This document shows, piece by piece, positions 45,318 to 57,401 of a DNA stretch of 64,000 bases. The stretch is from contig CAYHIN010000001.1 in assembly GCA_964356705.1 (NCBI GenBank), positions 3,066 through 67,065 on the forward strand, in the 5' to 3' direction. Both the position numbers and the translations under genes were made by a program. The notes under the pieces are model-generated. The model did not search any database and was not told the DNA's origin. It was given only the letters and a program-made list of their open reading frames with translations. The DNA comes from an uncultured Gammaproteobacteria bacterium. GTDB lineage: Bacteria; Patescibacteriota; Microgenomatia; CAZETR01; Amesbacteraceae. Within the stretch, counting starts at the first letter, position 1; each line of letters opens with the position of its first letter.

Positions 45318-45745
45318 TTAATCTCAATCTTCCTTTCTTCTCCATCATACTCAATTTTCACCCAAATCAGCTTTATATTCCCGAGTTCTTTAATCTCCTT
45401 CTCAAACTTATCCGCCCACTCAATAATAATCAGCGACTTGTCATCTATCATTTTTTGTAACCCTAATCTTTCCACTTCATCCCACGTCTCCAGTCGCCAG
45501 ACATCCAAATGATTTAAATCAATTGTCCATTGTCCATTGTCCATTTTCAATTTGTAAGGCACATGTAGCACATAAGTCGGCGATGTCACGTCTTCTGTAA
45601 TCCCCAGCTCAAGGGCAATCACCTTCGTCATGGCCGTCTTCCCAGCGCCCAACGGCCCAGACAACGCTAGGATAATTGCTTGTTTTCCAAGATCAGGCCT
45701 GATCATCTCGACAATCTTTTTCGCCGCTTCATGAGTATTTTCCAT
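45314..45745 (-). CDS. tsaE: tRNA threonylcarbamoyladenosine biosynthesis ATPase TsaE
   Basis: LSGPLGAGKTAMTKVIALELGI...SPTYVL. Confidence 0.8.
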   Translation of the reverse strand: MENTHEAAKKIVEMIRPDLGKQAIILALSGPLGAGKTAMTKVIALELGITEDVTSPTYVLHVPYKLKMDNGQWTIDLNHLDVWRLETWDEVERLGLQKMIDDKSLIIIEWADKFEKEIKELGNIKLIWVKIEYDGEERKIEIK

Positions 45746-45757
45746 CCTATAATTATA

Positions 45758-46378
45758 CTATTTCCCCCGCATTAGCTCAGCCAAAACATCTGAGCTCCAC
45801 GAAAAATTATTTCTCAGCTCGTTATGACCGCCAGGAGCATTGATTACCACTTTTCTCCCTGGTAGATTAATGTCACAAGCAATGCCAGCAAATTCGTCAT
45901 ATCGACCCTGTATACACACAATCTTGTCAACACGCTTCACTCTTTGAATACTTCTCAGTACAGAGCTGTTTGGAGCCAGATCTCTAAATGCACCATCACT
46001 CCAAGGCCAAGCCCTCAAGAAGGAAATTCCATTATACGGACTTGCCACAGTTAATACTGTCCGCACATTGTCAAACCCATACTTTTCTACATACCTGACT
46101 GCAATTAGGCCCCCCATACTAATTCCTACCAATATCGCTCCCGGATACTGTCCTACCGCTTCGTGTACTCGCTCTAGATAACTGTCGACTCTTTGTATTT
46201 GCAATCCGAGACCCAACAAGACTCCTCCCAGATTATTTTCCTTAGCGTATGAAATCAATCCTTCATCTAGCCAACCGGCCCATCCTCCCAGCCACCCGTT
46301 AATTCCCACAATTGGCCCATCGCTACCAGTTAGTTCAACCTCTTTTGGCCCTCGCCTCCAAAGAAAATCCATCGCCAT
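45758..46378 (-). CDS. alpha/beta hydrolase (lipase-like GxSxG)
   Basis: GISMGG nucleophile elbow. Confidence 0.55.
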   Translation of the reverse strand: MAMDFLWRRGPKEVELTGSDGPIVGINGWLGGWAGWLDEGLISYAKENNLGGVLLGLGLQIQRVDSYLERVHEAVGQYPGAILVGISMGGLIAVRYVEKYGFDNVRTVLTVASPYNGISFLRAWPWSDGAFRDLAPNSSVLRSIQRVKRVDKIVCIQGRYDEFAGIACDINLPGRKVVINAPGGHNELRNNFSWSSDVLAELMRGK

Positions 46379-46396
46379 AAGGTGTAAGATTACACC

Positions 46397-46975
46397 GTGA
46401 AGACCACTATTCCCACCTCCTGGGCTCTCTACGTCATCTTCATTGCGTCATTTATTGTCTTCATCCTTCCGTCTCCAAGCGAGTTCTTTGCTTCAAAAAA
46501 AGTCACAAATTATTCAGGGGAGTGTGAAGCCTGCTCTTCCCATCCGTTGTCAGCTTCTGAAAAAAAAGTGGTCTGCGCCCCAGGATTAGAATGTAGCAAT
46601 AAAGCTATAACCGGTGGGGCCACGGGCACTTTATGTGTCCAGCCGGGTGAGAGTATCGATTATTGTCTAGTCGTTGACGAGCCTCCCACTCCCAAGGGCT
46701 GTCACTATCTCCAGATCCAATGCATCACCGCTCCCTGCGATCCAGTCCTAGTTTGTCCATCATCTGAACCCCAAAAATGTCAGCCCGTTGTAAATCCCTG
46801 CAGTCCTCACAGTTGTGATTACGACCCGGCGAAGTGTGAGGAGTCTTATACCTGCCCCGATTCCGAATGGGTGGACTGCATGCCAGGTCCTAGCACACCC
46901 AAGCTTCGTTGCCAAAAAGATTATTTAGACTGGATGCGCGACAATTGTCCCAATTTCCAAGGCGCAGCCTATTAG
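46397..46975 (+). CDS. secreted Cys-rich hypothetical protein
   Basis: Hydrophobic N-terminus and about 24 Cys in 190 aa. Confidence 0.4.
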   Translation: MKTTIPTSWALYVIFIASFIVFILPSPSEFFASKKVTNYSGECEACSSHPLSASEKKVVCAPGLECSNKAITGGATGTLCVQPGESIDYCLVVDEPPTPKGCHYLQIQCITAPCDPVLVCPSSEPQKCQPVVNPCSPHSCDYDPAKCEESYTCPDSEWVDCMPGPSTPKLRCQKDYLDWMRDNCPNFQGAAY

Positions 46976-46989
46976 AGTATAGTTAATCA

Positions 46990-48417
46990 ATGGAAGACAA
47001 TTTGACTTCAGTCGAATCTACTCCCGCTCCCATTTCTGTTCCACCCCAACCCAAAATTTCTTCTCGCACAACCATAACCGTTCTTTCTCTCGCCCTCGTT
47101 GTTCTAGTAGGATTCGGTCTCTACGTGTCTACGTCACTACTCAAAGCTCCTCAATCTACGAATACCCAGTCTGAGCCACCGATTCCATCTCAAGAGGATT
47201 GGCAAACCTATACCAACTCTCAGTATGGTTTTTCTTTCCAACATCCTTCTGACGCCAAATTATATCAATCTCCCGAGGGTATAAATCCAAACACATTTAC
47301 AGTTTCACATACCGACGGTCAACCCGAGCAAGCAGATGCAGAACTCGCCCAGAGTGGCTATTTCTTTAATGTCACGGTCCGAGGATTGGCCACAGGCGTC
47401 ACCGTTGATCAAGTGTCCAAAGCTACACTCTCAGGCGCTAAGGAAAATTGCTACGCAGAATCCACCTTCACACCCATTGTTGATACAACCGTTGTCAGCC
47501 GTCCTGCAAAGTCCTATTCAGTAACCAATTGTCTCGGCGATTACACCGAGTATTTTGTTTCCAATGGGAGGTATGTATTTGCGATCACCCGTGTCCACGC
47601 GGGCGAACAGACGGACAAACTAGCTCACGAGGTCACTACCTCTCAGATCCTCTCCACTTTCAAATTTACATCCACGACTGACACTTCAAACTGGAAAACC
47701 TACACCCACTCAAGTGGTCTCTTTTCCTTTAATTATCCCAGTGACCTGGTCGAAGTTAAGTCTGACGACTCCATTACCATAGCTGACAAAAACCAAAACA
47801 CACCATATGTAGTCTTTTTCTATCCAAAAAGTCTCACAGCAGCAAGTGAGTTCAGGCAAGCCGCCCAAGCTGAAGCAGACAGTTCCACCCCCCAAGTGAG
47901 CGCGATCACATCACTAGATTTTGCTTATCCTGCCCTGGGTTTCACTGAAGATATGGGGTCCGATTCTTGGGAAAATGTTATCACTAGACCAAATTCAACT
48001 TCTGCCTTCTACATAAAAGCGAAATATCGCACTGGGCTCGAGTATCAAGCTCAGCAAATCCTCTCCACTTTCAAATTTCAAGATCCACTACAACCATACT
48101 CTGATTGGAAAAGTTACACCAGCGCCGAGCTTGGTTATTCTTTCAAGTACCCAGCGTCATGGAATGAAGTAATTGACCCAAGAACCGAAAAAGGTAACTT
48201 CACAATCCAATCACCTCAAAATGAGCTTATCCATGGTGTGATTTTTGAGAAAAATACAGCTTCCGGACCAGATGGTAATGGCAGAAAAACATTTTCCTTG
48301 GAGGACAAACAGCTACTCGTTACCTACGTAGAATGCGATGGGCCGGGTTGTGGATTTGGCAAGTTAGAACCGGAGACTTTTGACCAAATCCTCTCCACCT
48401 TCAAGTTTACTAATTAA
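46990..48417 (+). CDS. membrane-anchored protein with four internal repeats (W-x-TYT...GFSF-YP / ILSTFKF)
   Basis: N-terminal TM. The ~120-aa module ending QILSTFKF recurs 3 to 4 times. Confidence 0.5.
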   Translation: MEDNLTSVESTPAPISVPPQPKISSRTTITVLSLALVVLVGFGLYVSTSLLKAPQSTNTQSEPPIPSQEDWQTYTNSQYGFSFQHPSDAKLYQSPEGINPNTFTVSHTDGQPEQADAELAQSGYFFNVTVRGLATGVTVDQVSKATLSGAKENCYAESTFTPIVDTTVVSRPAKSYSVTNCLGDYTEYFVSNGRYVFAITRVHAGEQTDKLAHEVTTSQILSTFKFTSTTDTSNWKTYTHSSGLFSFNYPSDLVEVKSDDSITIADKNQNTPYVVFFYPKSLTAASEFRQAAQAEADSSTPQVSAITSLDFAYPALGFTEDMGSDSWENVITRPNSTSAFYIKAKYRTGLEYQAQQILSTFKFQDPLQPYSDWKSYTSAELGYSFKYPASWNEVIDPRTEKGNFTIQSPQNELIHGVIFEKNTASGPDGNGRKTFSLEDKQLLVTYVECDGPGCGFGKLEPETFDQILSTFKFTN

Positions 48418-50155
48418 CCCTCGTCCCTTTTAGGTACACCGCTTGCCATGGTCGATAGCTCGAGAAAAACGTTCTTTCTTGTAGCACTTCATCCCCTCGA
48501 GTGACTTTCCAGTCAAATGCCACTTTAGATCCATTGGCCGAATGCTCAGTCTGTACCAGTTTTCCTGCGATGAGTGTGGGGTCATCTTGGTAAAGCGGCG
48601 GAGGTGGTGGCACCACATCCCAGATCCGAGCTTTTGATACTGTTGCCACCCGGCCATCATTAGTGCCGTACAGCAAAAAAACCAAATGCTTGTTTTTCTC
48701 GTCAAACTCAGTCTGGATCAATATGTGTGCACCAGTGTCGTTGCGAAACTTAAAATCAGGACTAGGCTGAAATATCGTCGCATCAAATCCAGGTTGATAC
48801 CTCTCTTCGTAGTAGCTGACTCTAAATGCATGAGCGATCCTCTCGTCGATAGGTAGGCCTGCGTTCAAAATAGCCCGAAACAGAGTAGAAGACACCTGGC
48901 ACACTCCGCCGCCATCTCCCAGGACCGTTTTGCCACCTTGTATCACATAAGCTTGTTTGTACCCAGTCGCCCCCGATATCTCTCCCACCGTTTTGATAAA
49001 CGAAAAAGTCTCACCTGGCGGCACCAATACTCCATTTAGAGCCGCAGCCGCTTTTTGCAAATTAAAGATTCTGTTAGTAATCGACCCCGAAAACCACGAT
49101 TCTCCTTTTCCAATCAGCTCTTTGATACCAAGATCGTTTATATCTCCAGTCGAGATCGAGGGTTCCGTGGCTTTTGTCACTACCTCGAGTCGCGCATCAA
49201 CATGGCCGTTTTCCAAGGATAGGATTGCTTGATTCACCAGTTCAGCCGTCGCCTTAGCATCCAGGGCGTAACCCCTCTTCGCCGGTTTAAATTCTTCCAC
49301 TCGGCCATCGCCCACAAATTTAAAGCTCGCATTCTGAGCCTCTTTATTTACGGCAGCGGCTAACTGTCCCACAAAGCGGTCAATCTCAGAAGCCTTATAT
49401 TTCCCAGATACCGGATCGATCCAGGTAAATAGAGTTATATCCTGGGCCACCAATTCGACCTGGTCGGGAGAAAATGTCGCGATGACCTTTTTCTCGATCA
49501 GTTTTTCTGCTCTCATCTGGGCTTCACTTAGTTGTTTAGCCGTCAGTTTAGGCGAGATCACTCTCACATCCATCTCCACGCTCATTTTCCCCGTGCCCAC
49601 AGCATTTCGGATATCAAATATCAGATTCCTTTTATTTACCTCCTGTCCGTCTTCCCCATTTACTACATGCACACTTTTTTTGTCGGCTGATAGTTCAAAT
49701 TCGGGTTCCCGAGCCGGGATGTCTATTTGCGTCACCACCTCAGACACCATCTCGTTCAATTTATTTTCATCCCAAAAATATGCCACTGGCACTAAGACCT
49801 TTTTGGTGGAAAACAATTCTGTTTTGGCTTTCAGATTTCCTCCCAGGGTCTGGTTTCTGGCGTATTTCACAGCCGAGTCAGCCGTAGTTGCATAGTCATA
49901 TTCAAAATCTATTCTTTCAAAATCTATACCAAACTTACTCGTTCCCCACCGCAATTCGACCTGTTTACTCTCTCTCAGTTTTTGTGTGAGTAGATCCACG
50001 ATTTCCTTTCTGGTTTTCCCCCCTACACCTACTCCCGCCACTTCTACCCCAGGGTATGCTCGGTCCGCATATCTCATTTCAAATCCGATTCCCAAAAAAG
50101 CCGTCAACAGCACGAGTCCGCCTAAGATAGTTACCAGCTTCCCAAACCCTTTCAT
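48410..50155 (-). CDS. VanW-family protein
   Basis: N-terminal TM. C-terminal PPGETFSF...GGGVCQVSSTLFRAILNAGLPIDERIAH matches the VanW domain. Confidence 0.8.
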   Translation of the reverse strand: MKGFGKLVTILGGLVLLTAFLGIGFEMRYADRAYPGVEVAGVGVGGKTRKEIVDLLTQKLRESKQVELRWGTSKFGIDFERIDFEYDYATTADSAVKYARNQTLGGNLKAKTELFSTKKVLVPVAYFWDENKLNEMVSEVVTQIDIPAREPEFELSADKKSVHVVNGEDGQEVNKRNLIFDIRNAVGTGKMSVEMDVRVISPKLTAKQLSEAQMRAEKLIEKKVIATFSPDQVELVAQDITLFTWIDPVSGKYKASEIDRFVGQLAAAVNKEAQNASFKFVGDGRVEEFKPAKRGYALDAKATAELVNQAILSLENGHVDARLEVVTKATEPSISTGDINDLGIKELIGKGESWFSGSITNRIFNLQKAAAALNGVLVPPGETFSFIKTVGEISGATGYKQAYVIQGGKTVLGDGGGVCQVSSTLFRAILNAGLPIDERIAHAFRVSYYEERYQPGFDATIFQPSPDFKFRNDTGAHILIQTEFDEKNKHLVFLLYGTNDGRVATVSKARIWDVVPPPPPLYQDDPTLIAGKLVQTEHSANGSKVAFDWKVTRGDEVLQERTFFSSYRPWQAVYLKGTRVN

Positions 50156-50184
50156 AGTAAGGTATATTATATATACTCAAAGTT

Positions 50185-51669
50185 ATGGATGATACTAATC
50201 TGCCACCAGTTCCTCAAACCGTCCAACCAACTGCTTTCGATCAACCTTCGATCACAACCGAAGCCCCCCTCCCGCCTACTCCCGTAGTAGCTCCTGTCAC
50301 TCCTCCGTCGGCCTCAGGAGAGGTCGATGTCGTAAAAAAATCAGGTCGCAAGTTTAATTTACTCCCTATTTTATTGATTCTTATTCTTTTGACAGCCTTA
50401 GGAGTCGGCGGCTATTTCTTGCTGGGCACTCTTCAAAAATCTCAGATTACAAAGCTTACCTATTGGGGTTTGTGGGAGCCGGCTGTAGTCATGCAGCCCC
50501 TCATCGAGGAGTACCAGGCCGCAAATCCCAACGTTCAGATCACATATCAGATGGAATCGGTTCGCGAATATCGCGAACGCCTTCAGTCTGCTCTCAGCCA
50601 GAATCGCGGTCCCGACATCTTTCGCATCCACAATTCTTGGATTCCCATGTTCAAATCCGATCTTGCCCCGGTTCCGTCCACCGTTTTCTCCACTTCCCAA
50701 TACAGTTCTACCTTTTATCCTGTGGCCTCAGAATCTCTGACTCTCAATTCCCAACACCTTGCTCTCCCGCTACAATACGAAGGCTTGATCATGTATGTAA
50801 ACGACCAGCTTCTTTCCGAAAACGGTCTTCAGGTGCCGTCCAATTGGGACGAGCTCAGATCAGCAGCAATTACTATCAGCAGATGTGCCACCGAGACTGG
50901 AGCCTGTAAGCCCGGGGCCCGAGTCGAAGTGGCAGGCGCCGGTTTAGGTCTCACGGACAATGTCGATCATTGGCAAGACATTGTGGCTAGTCTGCTCTTG
51001 CAAAACAATGTCAATCTAAACTCTCCCTCAGGTCGGGCCGCCCAGGATGTCTTTGATTTTTACTCTAGTTTTTCTCGAAGTTTGGGTGTCTGGGAGTCCA
51101 CCCTCTCGCCGTCTACGGCTTTGTTTCAAAGCGGCAAGCTCGCCATCTACTTTGCCCCGTCCTGGCGCTATCACGAGATTCGTCAGGCCAATCCCGAGCT
51201 TTCTTTCTCAGTTCACCCCATTCCCCAAGCCCCTCTAGATCCAGAGCGGGGGGAGCGTCCAGTCACCTGGGCCACTTTTTGGGCCGAGGGTGTAAATGCC
51301 AAGAGCAAAAATGCCCAAGCAGCCTGGGATTTCCTCGCCTTCTTGAGCACCAAAGAGTCACTAGAAAAAATGTACACCGCCGAAGTCGCTCTAGGTCGTG
51401 AGTTTGGCGAGATCTACCCTCGAGTAGACATGCAGGATACAGCCCAGATCAATCCGGTAGTCTCCACCGTACTTTCGGGAGCTGCCAATAGCAGGTCTTG
51501 GTATCTGGCTTCTTACACCTTCGATGGCCCGACAGGCATCAATTCTCGTCTCAGCATCGCGTTTGCAAACGTATTGTCAGGGAAATTACAGCTAGACAAA
51601 CTCCCCGCAGAAATAAATGCTATCCTGGGCCAGTATGGCCTCGGCTCAGCCCCCCAAATCGCTCAGTAA
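50185..51669 (+). CDS. extracellular solute-binding protein-like (ABC SBP family 1-like), membrane anchored
   Basis: N-terminal TM, then LTYWGLWE...NPNVQITYQ...GPDIFRIHNSW, as in sugar SBPs. Confidence 0.45.
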   Translation: MDDTNLPPVPQTVQPTAFDQPSITTEAPLPPTPVVAPVTPPSASGEVDVVKKSGRKFNLLPILLILILLTALGVGGYFLLGTLQKSQITKLTYWGLWEPAVVMQPLIEEYQAANPNVQITYQMESVREYRERLQSALSQNRGPDIFRIHNSWIPMFKSDLAPVPSTVFSTSQYSSTFYPVASESLTLNSQHLALPLQYEGLIMYVNDQLLSENGLQVPSNWDELRSAAITISRCATETGACKPGARVEVAGAGLGLTDNVDHWQDIVASLLLQNNVNLNSPSGRAAQDVFDFYSSFSRSLGVWESTLSPSTALFQSGKLAIYFAPSWRYHEIRQANPELSFSVHPIPQAPLDPERGERPVTWATFWAEGVNAKSKNAQAAWDFLAFLSTKESLEKMYTAEVALGREFGEIYPRVDMQDTAQINPVVSTVLSGAANSRSWYLASYTFDGPTGINSRLSIAFANVLSGKLQLDKLPAEINAILGQYGLGSAPQIAQ

Positions 51670-52432
51670 CGCCCGTTCTTACTTCGCCCAGTTCAGCTAT
51701 CCTATTACCAAATCCGAAGCAATCTATTGGCAATCCCCATTCGCACCTTCACGTCATTCCCGATCTAATCGGGAATCCAGTCTCATTCGCAAACAACGCT
51801 TTGTTTTTTCAAAACCAAAATGGCAGATCGCCAAAAAAATAGGAGAGTCTCTTTCTCACATCCCAACAATCCAAGCTATTTTTGTCACCGGCGCCCTCTC
51901 CATGGACAATTGTCCCGAGGACGACGATATCGACATCATGCTTGTGACCCGCCCCCACACTCTTTGGCTTACCCGTGCCATAGTAGTAGTCTATCTCACT
52001 TTAAAAAATCTCCGTCGCCCTCCCTCGCTTCCCGAGCACTCGTCGCCTCGGGTAAAGGACAAAATCTGCGACAATCTCTACCTCGATGCAAATAGCTTAA
52101 GGCTAACGACTAATGACTTATACATCGCGCACGAAATTCTTCAGGCCAAATGCATCTTTGACCGCGGCGGCATCCATCACCAGTTCTTAGCTCAAAATTC
52201 ATGGGTAAAAAAATACCTCCCCGTAGCCTACAAACAAACTCTCTCTAGCCTTGTCATGCTGAGTCGCAACGAAGCATCCAGGCCCAATCTATTATTCAAA
52301 ATTCTCAATTCACTATTCTTTTTACTCCAGTATTCCTACATGAAGCCCAAGATTACTCAAGAAAAAATCACCCTCGGCTCCGCCTTCTTCCACCCCAGAT
52401 CTAGTATCTCCGCTTCTCAAGACGCTTTTTAA
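51617..52432 (+). CDS. nucleotidyltransferase-domain protein
   Basis: FVTGALSMDNCPEDDDIDIMLV matches the Pol-beta-like NTase motif (GS...DxD). Confidence 0.45.
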   Translation: MLSWASMASAQPPKSLSNARSYFAQFSYPITKSEAIYWQSPFAPSRHSRSNRESSLIRKQRFVFSKPKWQIAKKIGESLSHIPTIQAIFVTGALSMDNCPEDDDIDIMLVTRPHTLWLTRAIVVVYLTLKNLRRPPSLPEHSSPRVKDKICDNLYLDANSLRLTTNDLYIAHEILQAKCIFDRGGIHHQFLAQNSWVKKYLPVAYKQTLSSLVMLSRNEASRPNLLFKILNSLFFLLQYSYMKPKITQEKITLGSAFFHPRSSISASQDAF

Positions 52433-52940
52433 ATAGATTCTCTGTATATCCACCTTCGTTAATAAATTTATTCTCAAGGGATCTCGTCAGTTGATCCAGT
52501 AAATAGTTTTCTTTATAAAGTAGCACAACCATCAAGTTTGCAAACCCTTGTGCTTCTTCAAGATATTTCCCATACGGCGAATTTGCCCAATTGGCCGAAT
52601 TAGTCCAATTCGGACCTTCTCTAATAGACCTGAGTTCTCTTACTCGCTGGTCCTCTTTCTCCCACAGTTTCAAGCCATGCTGACGCAGGTAGTCCTTAAA
52701 ATCCTCGAGCAGTTCACCAAAAGATCCTCTAGATACTCCTGTCAACTTTATTTGGCTTTTTAGACTTTTCTCCAGGCTTCCCTCAGCTATGTTTTGCTTA
52801 CCCGATCTTGCCGCTTGCACCATTTGATCATGTGTTCGCGATCTTTTGTCTATGTATCTGTCACAAAAAATCACAGTCAAGTCATAAATCGTCGTCGCCA
52901 AGCGAAATACTATCAGATTTTCATACCCGCCATTTCCCAT
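52401..52940 (-). CDS. four-helix-bundle protein (TIGR02436-like)
   Basis: RSGKQNIAEGS motif. Carries a family F repeat insertion (NWTNSANWANS). Confidence 0.55.
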   Translation of the reverse strand: MGNGGYENLIVFRLATTIYDLTVIFCDRYIDKRSRTHDQMVQAARSGKQNIAEGSLEKSLKSQIKLTGVSRGSFGELLEDFKDYLRQHGLKLWEKEDQRVRELRSIREGPNWTNSANWANSPYGKYLEEAQGFANLMVVLLYKENYLLDQLTRSLENKFINEGGYTENLFKKRLEKRRY

Positions 52941-52944
52941 ACAA

Positions 52945-52980
52945 CCAAATTAGCCCAATTGGCCTAATTAGTCCAATTTA
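52945..52980. repeat. tandem 9-mer element family F (CCAATTNGNCC units)
   Basis: Second copy at 52587-52618, inside the four-helix-bundle CDS. Confidence 0.6.
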
Positions 52981-52993
52981 CGCCCCCTCCCTC

Positions 52994-53022
52994 TTGACGT
53001 GTTTTTGTCCATCTGGTATATA
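52994..53022 (+). promoter_or_regulatory. sigma70-type promoter for groES-groEL
   Basis: TTGACG, 17-nt spacer, then TATATA, about 15 nt upstream of groES. No CIRCE operator seen. Confidence 0.45.
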
Positions 53023-53037
53023 TGCACCTAGCAAACT

Positions 53038-54983
<1,946 letters not shown>

Positions 54984-55074
54984 CGAGGTGGTATAATAAA
55001 CACATAAAGTCGGGACATAGGTGGCCCCTCGCCGTAGACTCGGTGGGTGATGTTAACAATCCCGGCTTTTTTCA

Positions 55075-55527
55075 TTACAGAAATTTAACAATATCCTCAA
55101 AGGCAATTTTCTTATAACTTTCCGGCCGTCTCTTCATTCTATGTACACTCCAACACAACAAATGCGCTGGTGACACCTTCCCGATTCGTACAAATCTGAT
55201 ACTATCTTCCCATTGACCTTCAAATTTATTGTCCAACAATTTCTTTAACGATTTTCTGATCAATTCCTCATACCCAGAATACTCTTCATCGATCTCCAGC
55301 ACAGAGTACTTAGAAAGATTCCGTACAAGTAAATAAACACAAATGGCAAAAACAATCGGCACTAATTCTTTTGTAGGATACGCTTTTTTCTTAGAATACT
55401 GGATCAGCCTTCTCTTTACTGTGGTTTTAATTATCAGCAAACCATGTTGTCCATTTGCAAAAGCCAATACTGTGTCTGTATCCAACTGCTCCATTCTTCC
55501 ACTCTGATCAATCTCCACTCTCACCAA
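55075..55527 (-). CDS. hypothetical protein
   Basis: 150-aa ORF. Confidence 0.4.
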   Translation of the reverse strand: MVRVEIDQSGRMEQLDTDTVLAFANGQHGLLIIKTTVKRRLIQYSKKKAYPTKELVPIVFAICVYLLVRNLSKYSVLEIDEEYSGYEELIRKSLKKLLDNKFEGQWEDSIRFVRIGKVSPAHLLCWSVHRMKRRPESYKKIAFEDIVKFL

Positions 55528-55564
55528 GTAAGTATATTAAAAACAAAACCCGAAAGTCAATTCA

Positions 55565-55849
55565 TTATTTTCTCCTGTAATATCTACATTCTCCACAACT
55601 TTTTTCCAAAGCAGTTGTTACTTCCGGGTCAATAGGTCTTCCAGTACCAAACAGTCTCGCCACTACCTCTCCACCTGCCAATTTTACCCTATCATAATTG
55701 TTGCTACTCACAATTTCTGGCCTGTCACACCCATAATTTTCGTTATATCCCAATTCTCCCAAAGCATATCCATCTTCTCCTCCATAACCAAAGTCCAAAG
55801 CATTCTCACAACTAGCCCATTTTTGGACCACGCTGGGATCAGTATTCAT
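55565..55849 (-). CDS. hypothetical protein
   Basis: 94-aa ORF, overlaps the next gene. Confidence 0.35.
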   Translation of the reverse strand: MNTDPSVVQKWASCENALDFGYGGEDGYALGELGYNENYGCDRPEIVSSNNYDRVKLAGGEVVARLFGTGRPIDPEVTTALEKSCGECRYYRRK

Positions 55850-56531
55850 CTACTATCTCCTTTCTCTCTTCATAAACCAGCTCTTTCCCAAGTACAGCTC
55901 TTTCCATTACTTCAAAGCTGGCAAACACATGCGGCAGCTTGCGATAATCAGTCTCAGTCATCCAGATATTCTCTCCATCTTCCATTTTCTCAATCAGTTC
56001 ACCTTTCACATTATCTACTCGATATATCCAAAAGTATTTGTCTTCCAAAAATTTTTCCTCTTTATTAAACACATGATAATGAACGATCATTTTCAAGCTA
56101 AATTCTCCTGTCAGTCCAGTTTCTTCCATCAGTTCTCGTCTGGCACATTCCTCAGGCGTCTCGCCCCATCTTATTTTGCCACTCTGGCTGCCACACCAGC
56201 CAAAATATGGGTCCTTAGACCTCCTGTGGATCAAATATTCCAACTTGCCATCCACGACCCGCACCGGATGCAAAGCGATCAAGATTTTAGCCTGCTTCTC
56301 AATCTTCAAAGCATCTGTATCCAGCCGACTAGCAAATTCCTTCCCTTCGTCGGTCAAAAAATATTTATTGCCATCTTTTCGTACCAATCCTTCTTCCACC
56401 AGTCGGTTTATATGAAACGTAAAATGATCATTGGTCACATCGACTTTTTTCAAGTCGCGAAATCTGGCCCCAGGCTTAAACAGCAGTTCTCGCAGGATCG
56501 ATATCTGAAAGTCATGAATCTTGAGTTCCAT
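55839..56531 (-). CDS. NUDIX hydrolase with N-terminal winged-helix domain
   Basis: Nudix box GETPEECARRELMEETGL. Confidence 0.75.
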   Translation of the reverse strand: MELKIHDFQISILRELLFKPGARFRDLKKVDVTNDHFTFHINRLVEEGLVRKDGNKYFLTDEGKEFASRLDTDALKIEKQAKILIALHPVRVVDGKLEYLIHRRSKDPYFGWCGSQSGKIRWGETPEECARRELMEETGLTGEFSLKMIVHYHVFNKEEKFLEDKYFWIYRVDNVKGELIEKMEDGENIWMTETDYRKLPHVFASFEVMERAVLGKELVYEERKEIVDEY

Positions 56532-56625
56532 GTCCCTATTTTTACCATGTCAGTGATTCAAATCTAGTAAACCCAACTTCACCAAAAACACCCTTTACTA
56601 AATTGGTTATGATGTAATCCCGAAT

Positions 56626-56900
56626 ATGAAAACCAAAAAGTTTAAAACTATACCAAAATTCAAAAATGAAGATGATGAACGCGCCTTCTGGGATAGAGTA
56701 GACTCTTCAGATTATTTTGACTGGTCAAAAGGTCATCGTGTCAAGTTTCCCAATCTCAAGCTCTCCACCGAGACCAAAGTGTTACAATCCCAAAGTCATG
56801 GAAGTTCCCTCGTCATACGAAGCAGATGAACCAATCATTCCAGAGTTTGTTCGCAGGCCAAAGAGAGGAGACAGGGCTATTGTCGACCTGGGTTGGCGTC
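56626..56900 (+). pseudogene. possible frameshifted BrnA-like (CopG/RHH) antitoxin
   Basis: EDDERAFWDRVDSSDYFDWSKGHRVKFPNLKLSTET matches the BrnA N-terminus. The expected RHH continuation (..VTIPKSW..QSFQSLF) lies in the -1 frame. Confidence 0.3.
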
Positions 56901-57065
56901 ACAGTGACCTCTCTCCAGCCTTAGACACGTTCCCAATAACGGAAGCTAGGGATGGTCGAGTCGTTTTAGGCCTAGGCGTAGGCTGCACACTTACAGTTGG
57001 TGAAGAAGGAGTAGAGATCGTAATCAAGGCCGCAGGCGCTAAAAAATGAATGTTAAAATCTGCTC

Positions 57066-57401
57066 ATGCTGATCTTTCTGACTTCTCATGCTACCCCAGA
57101 TCAAATCTCCCAAGCCGCACTCGATTTAGACGGTTACGTAAAATTCGTTGTCGATCTCAATCGTGAGGTTATGACCATCGGAGGCACGCGCCATATGGAT
57201 GGGGAACAGCTCCTACTTCAGGACGGCAGCCACCAGTCAGATCTTTGGGGCGGGGGAGTAGATCTTGAGACAAAACAGATTGATTTTGAATCCATGATCA
57301 ATATTCGTCCCACTCAAAATAATCCCAGCCGTGAAGTTTTGGATACCGGACTTCGCTCTCAAATTCAAGAAGTTATTTCTCAATTGTTCATCAAGCTGTG
57401 A
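57066..57401 (+). CDS. hypothetical protein
   Basis: 111-aa ORF. Confidence 0.4.
   Translation: MLIFLTSHATPDQISQAALDLDGYVKFVVDLNREVMTIGGTRHMDGEQLLLQDGSHQSDLWGGGVDLETKQIDFESMINIRPTQNNPSREVLDTGLRSQIQEVISQLFIKL

Noticed and set aside
52941-53037. CIRCE/HrcA operator upstream of groES
   Set aside because: Only a sigma70-like promoter and a family F repeat are present. There is no TTAGCACTC-N9-GAGTGCTAA inverted repeat.
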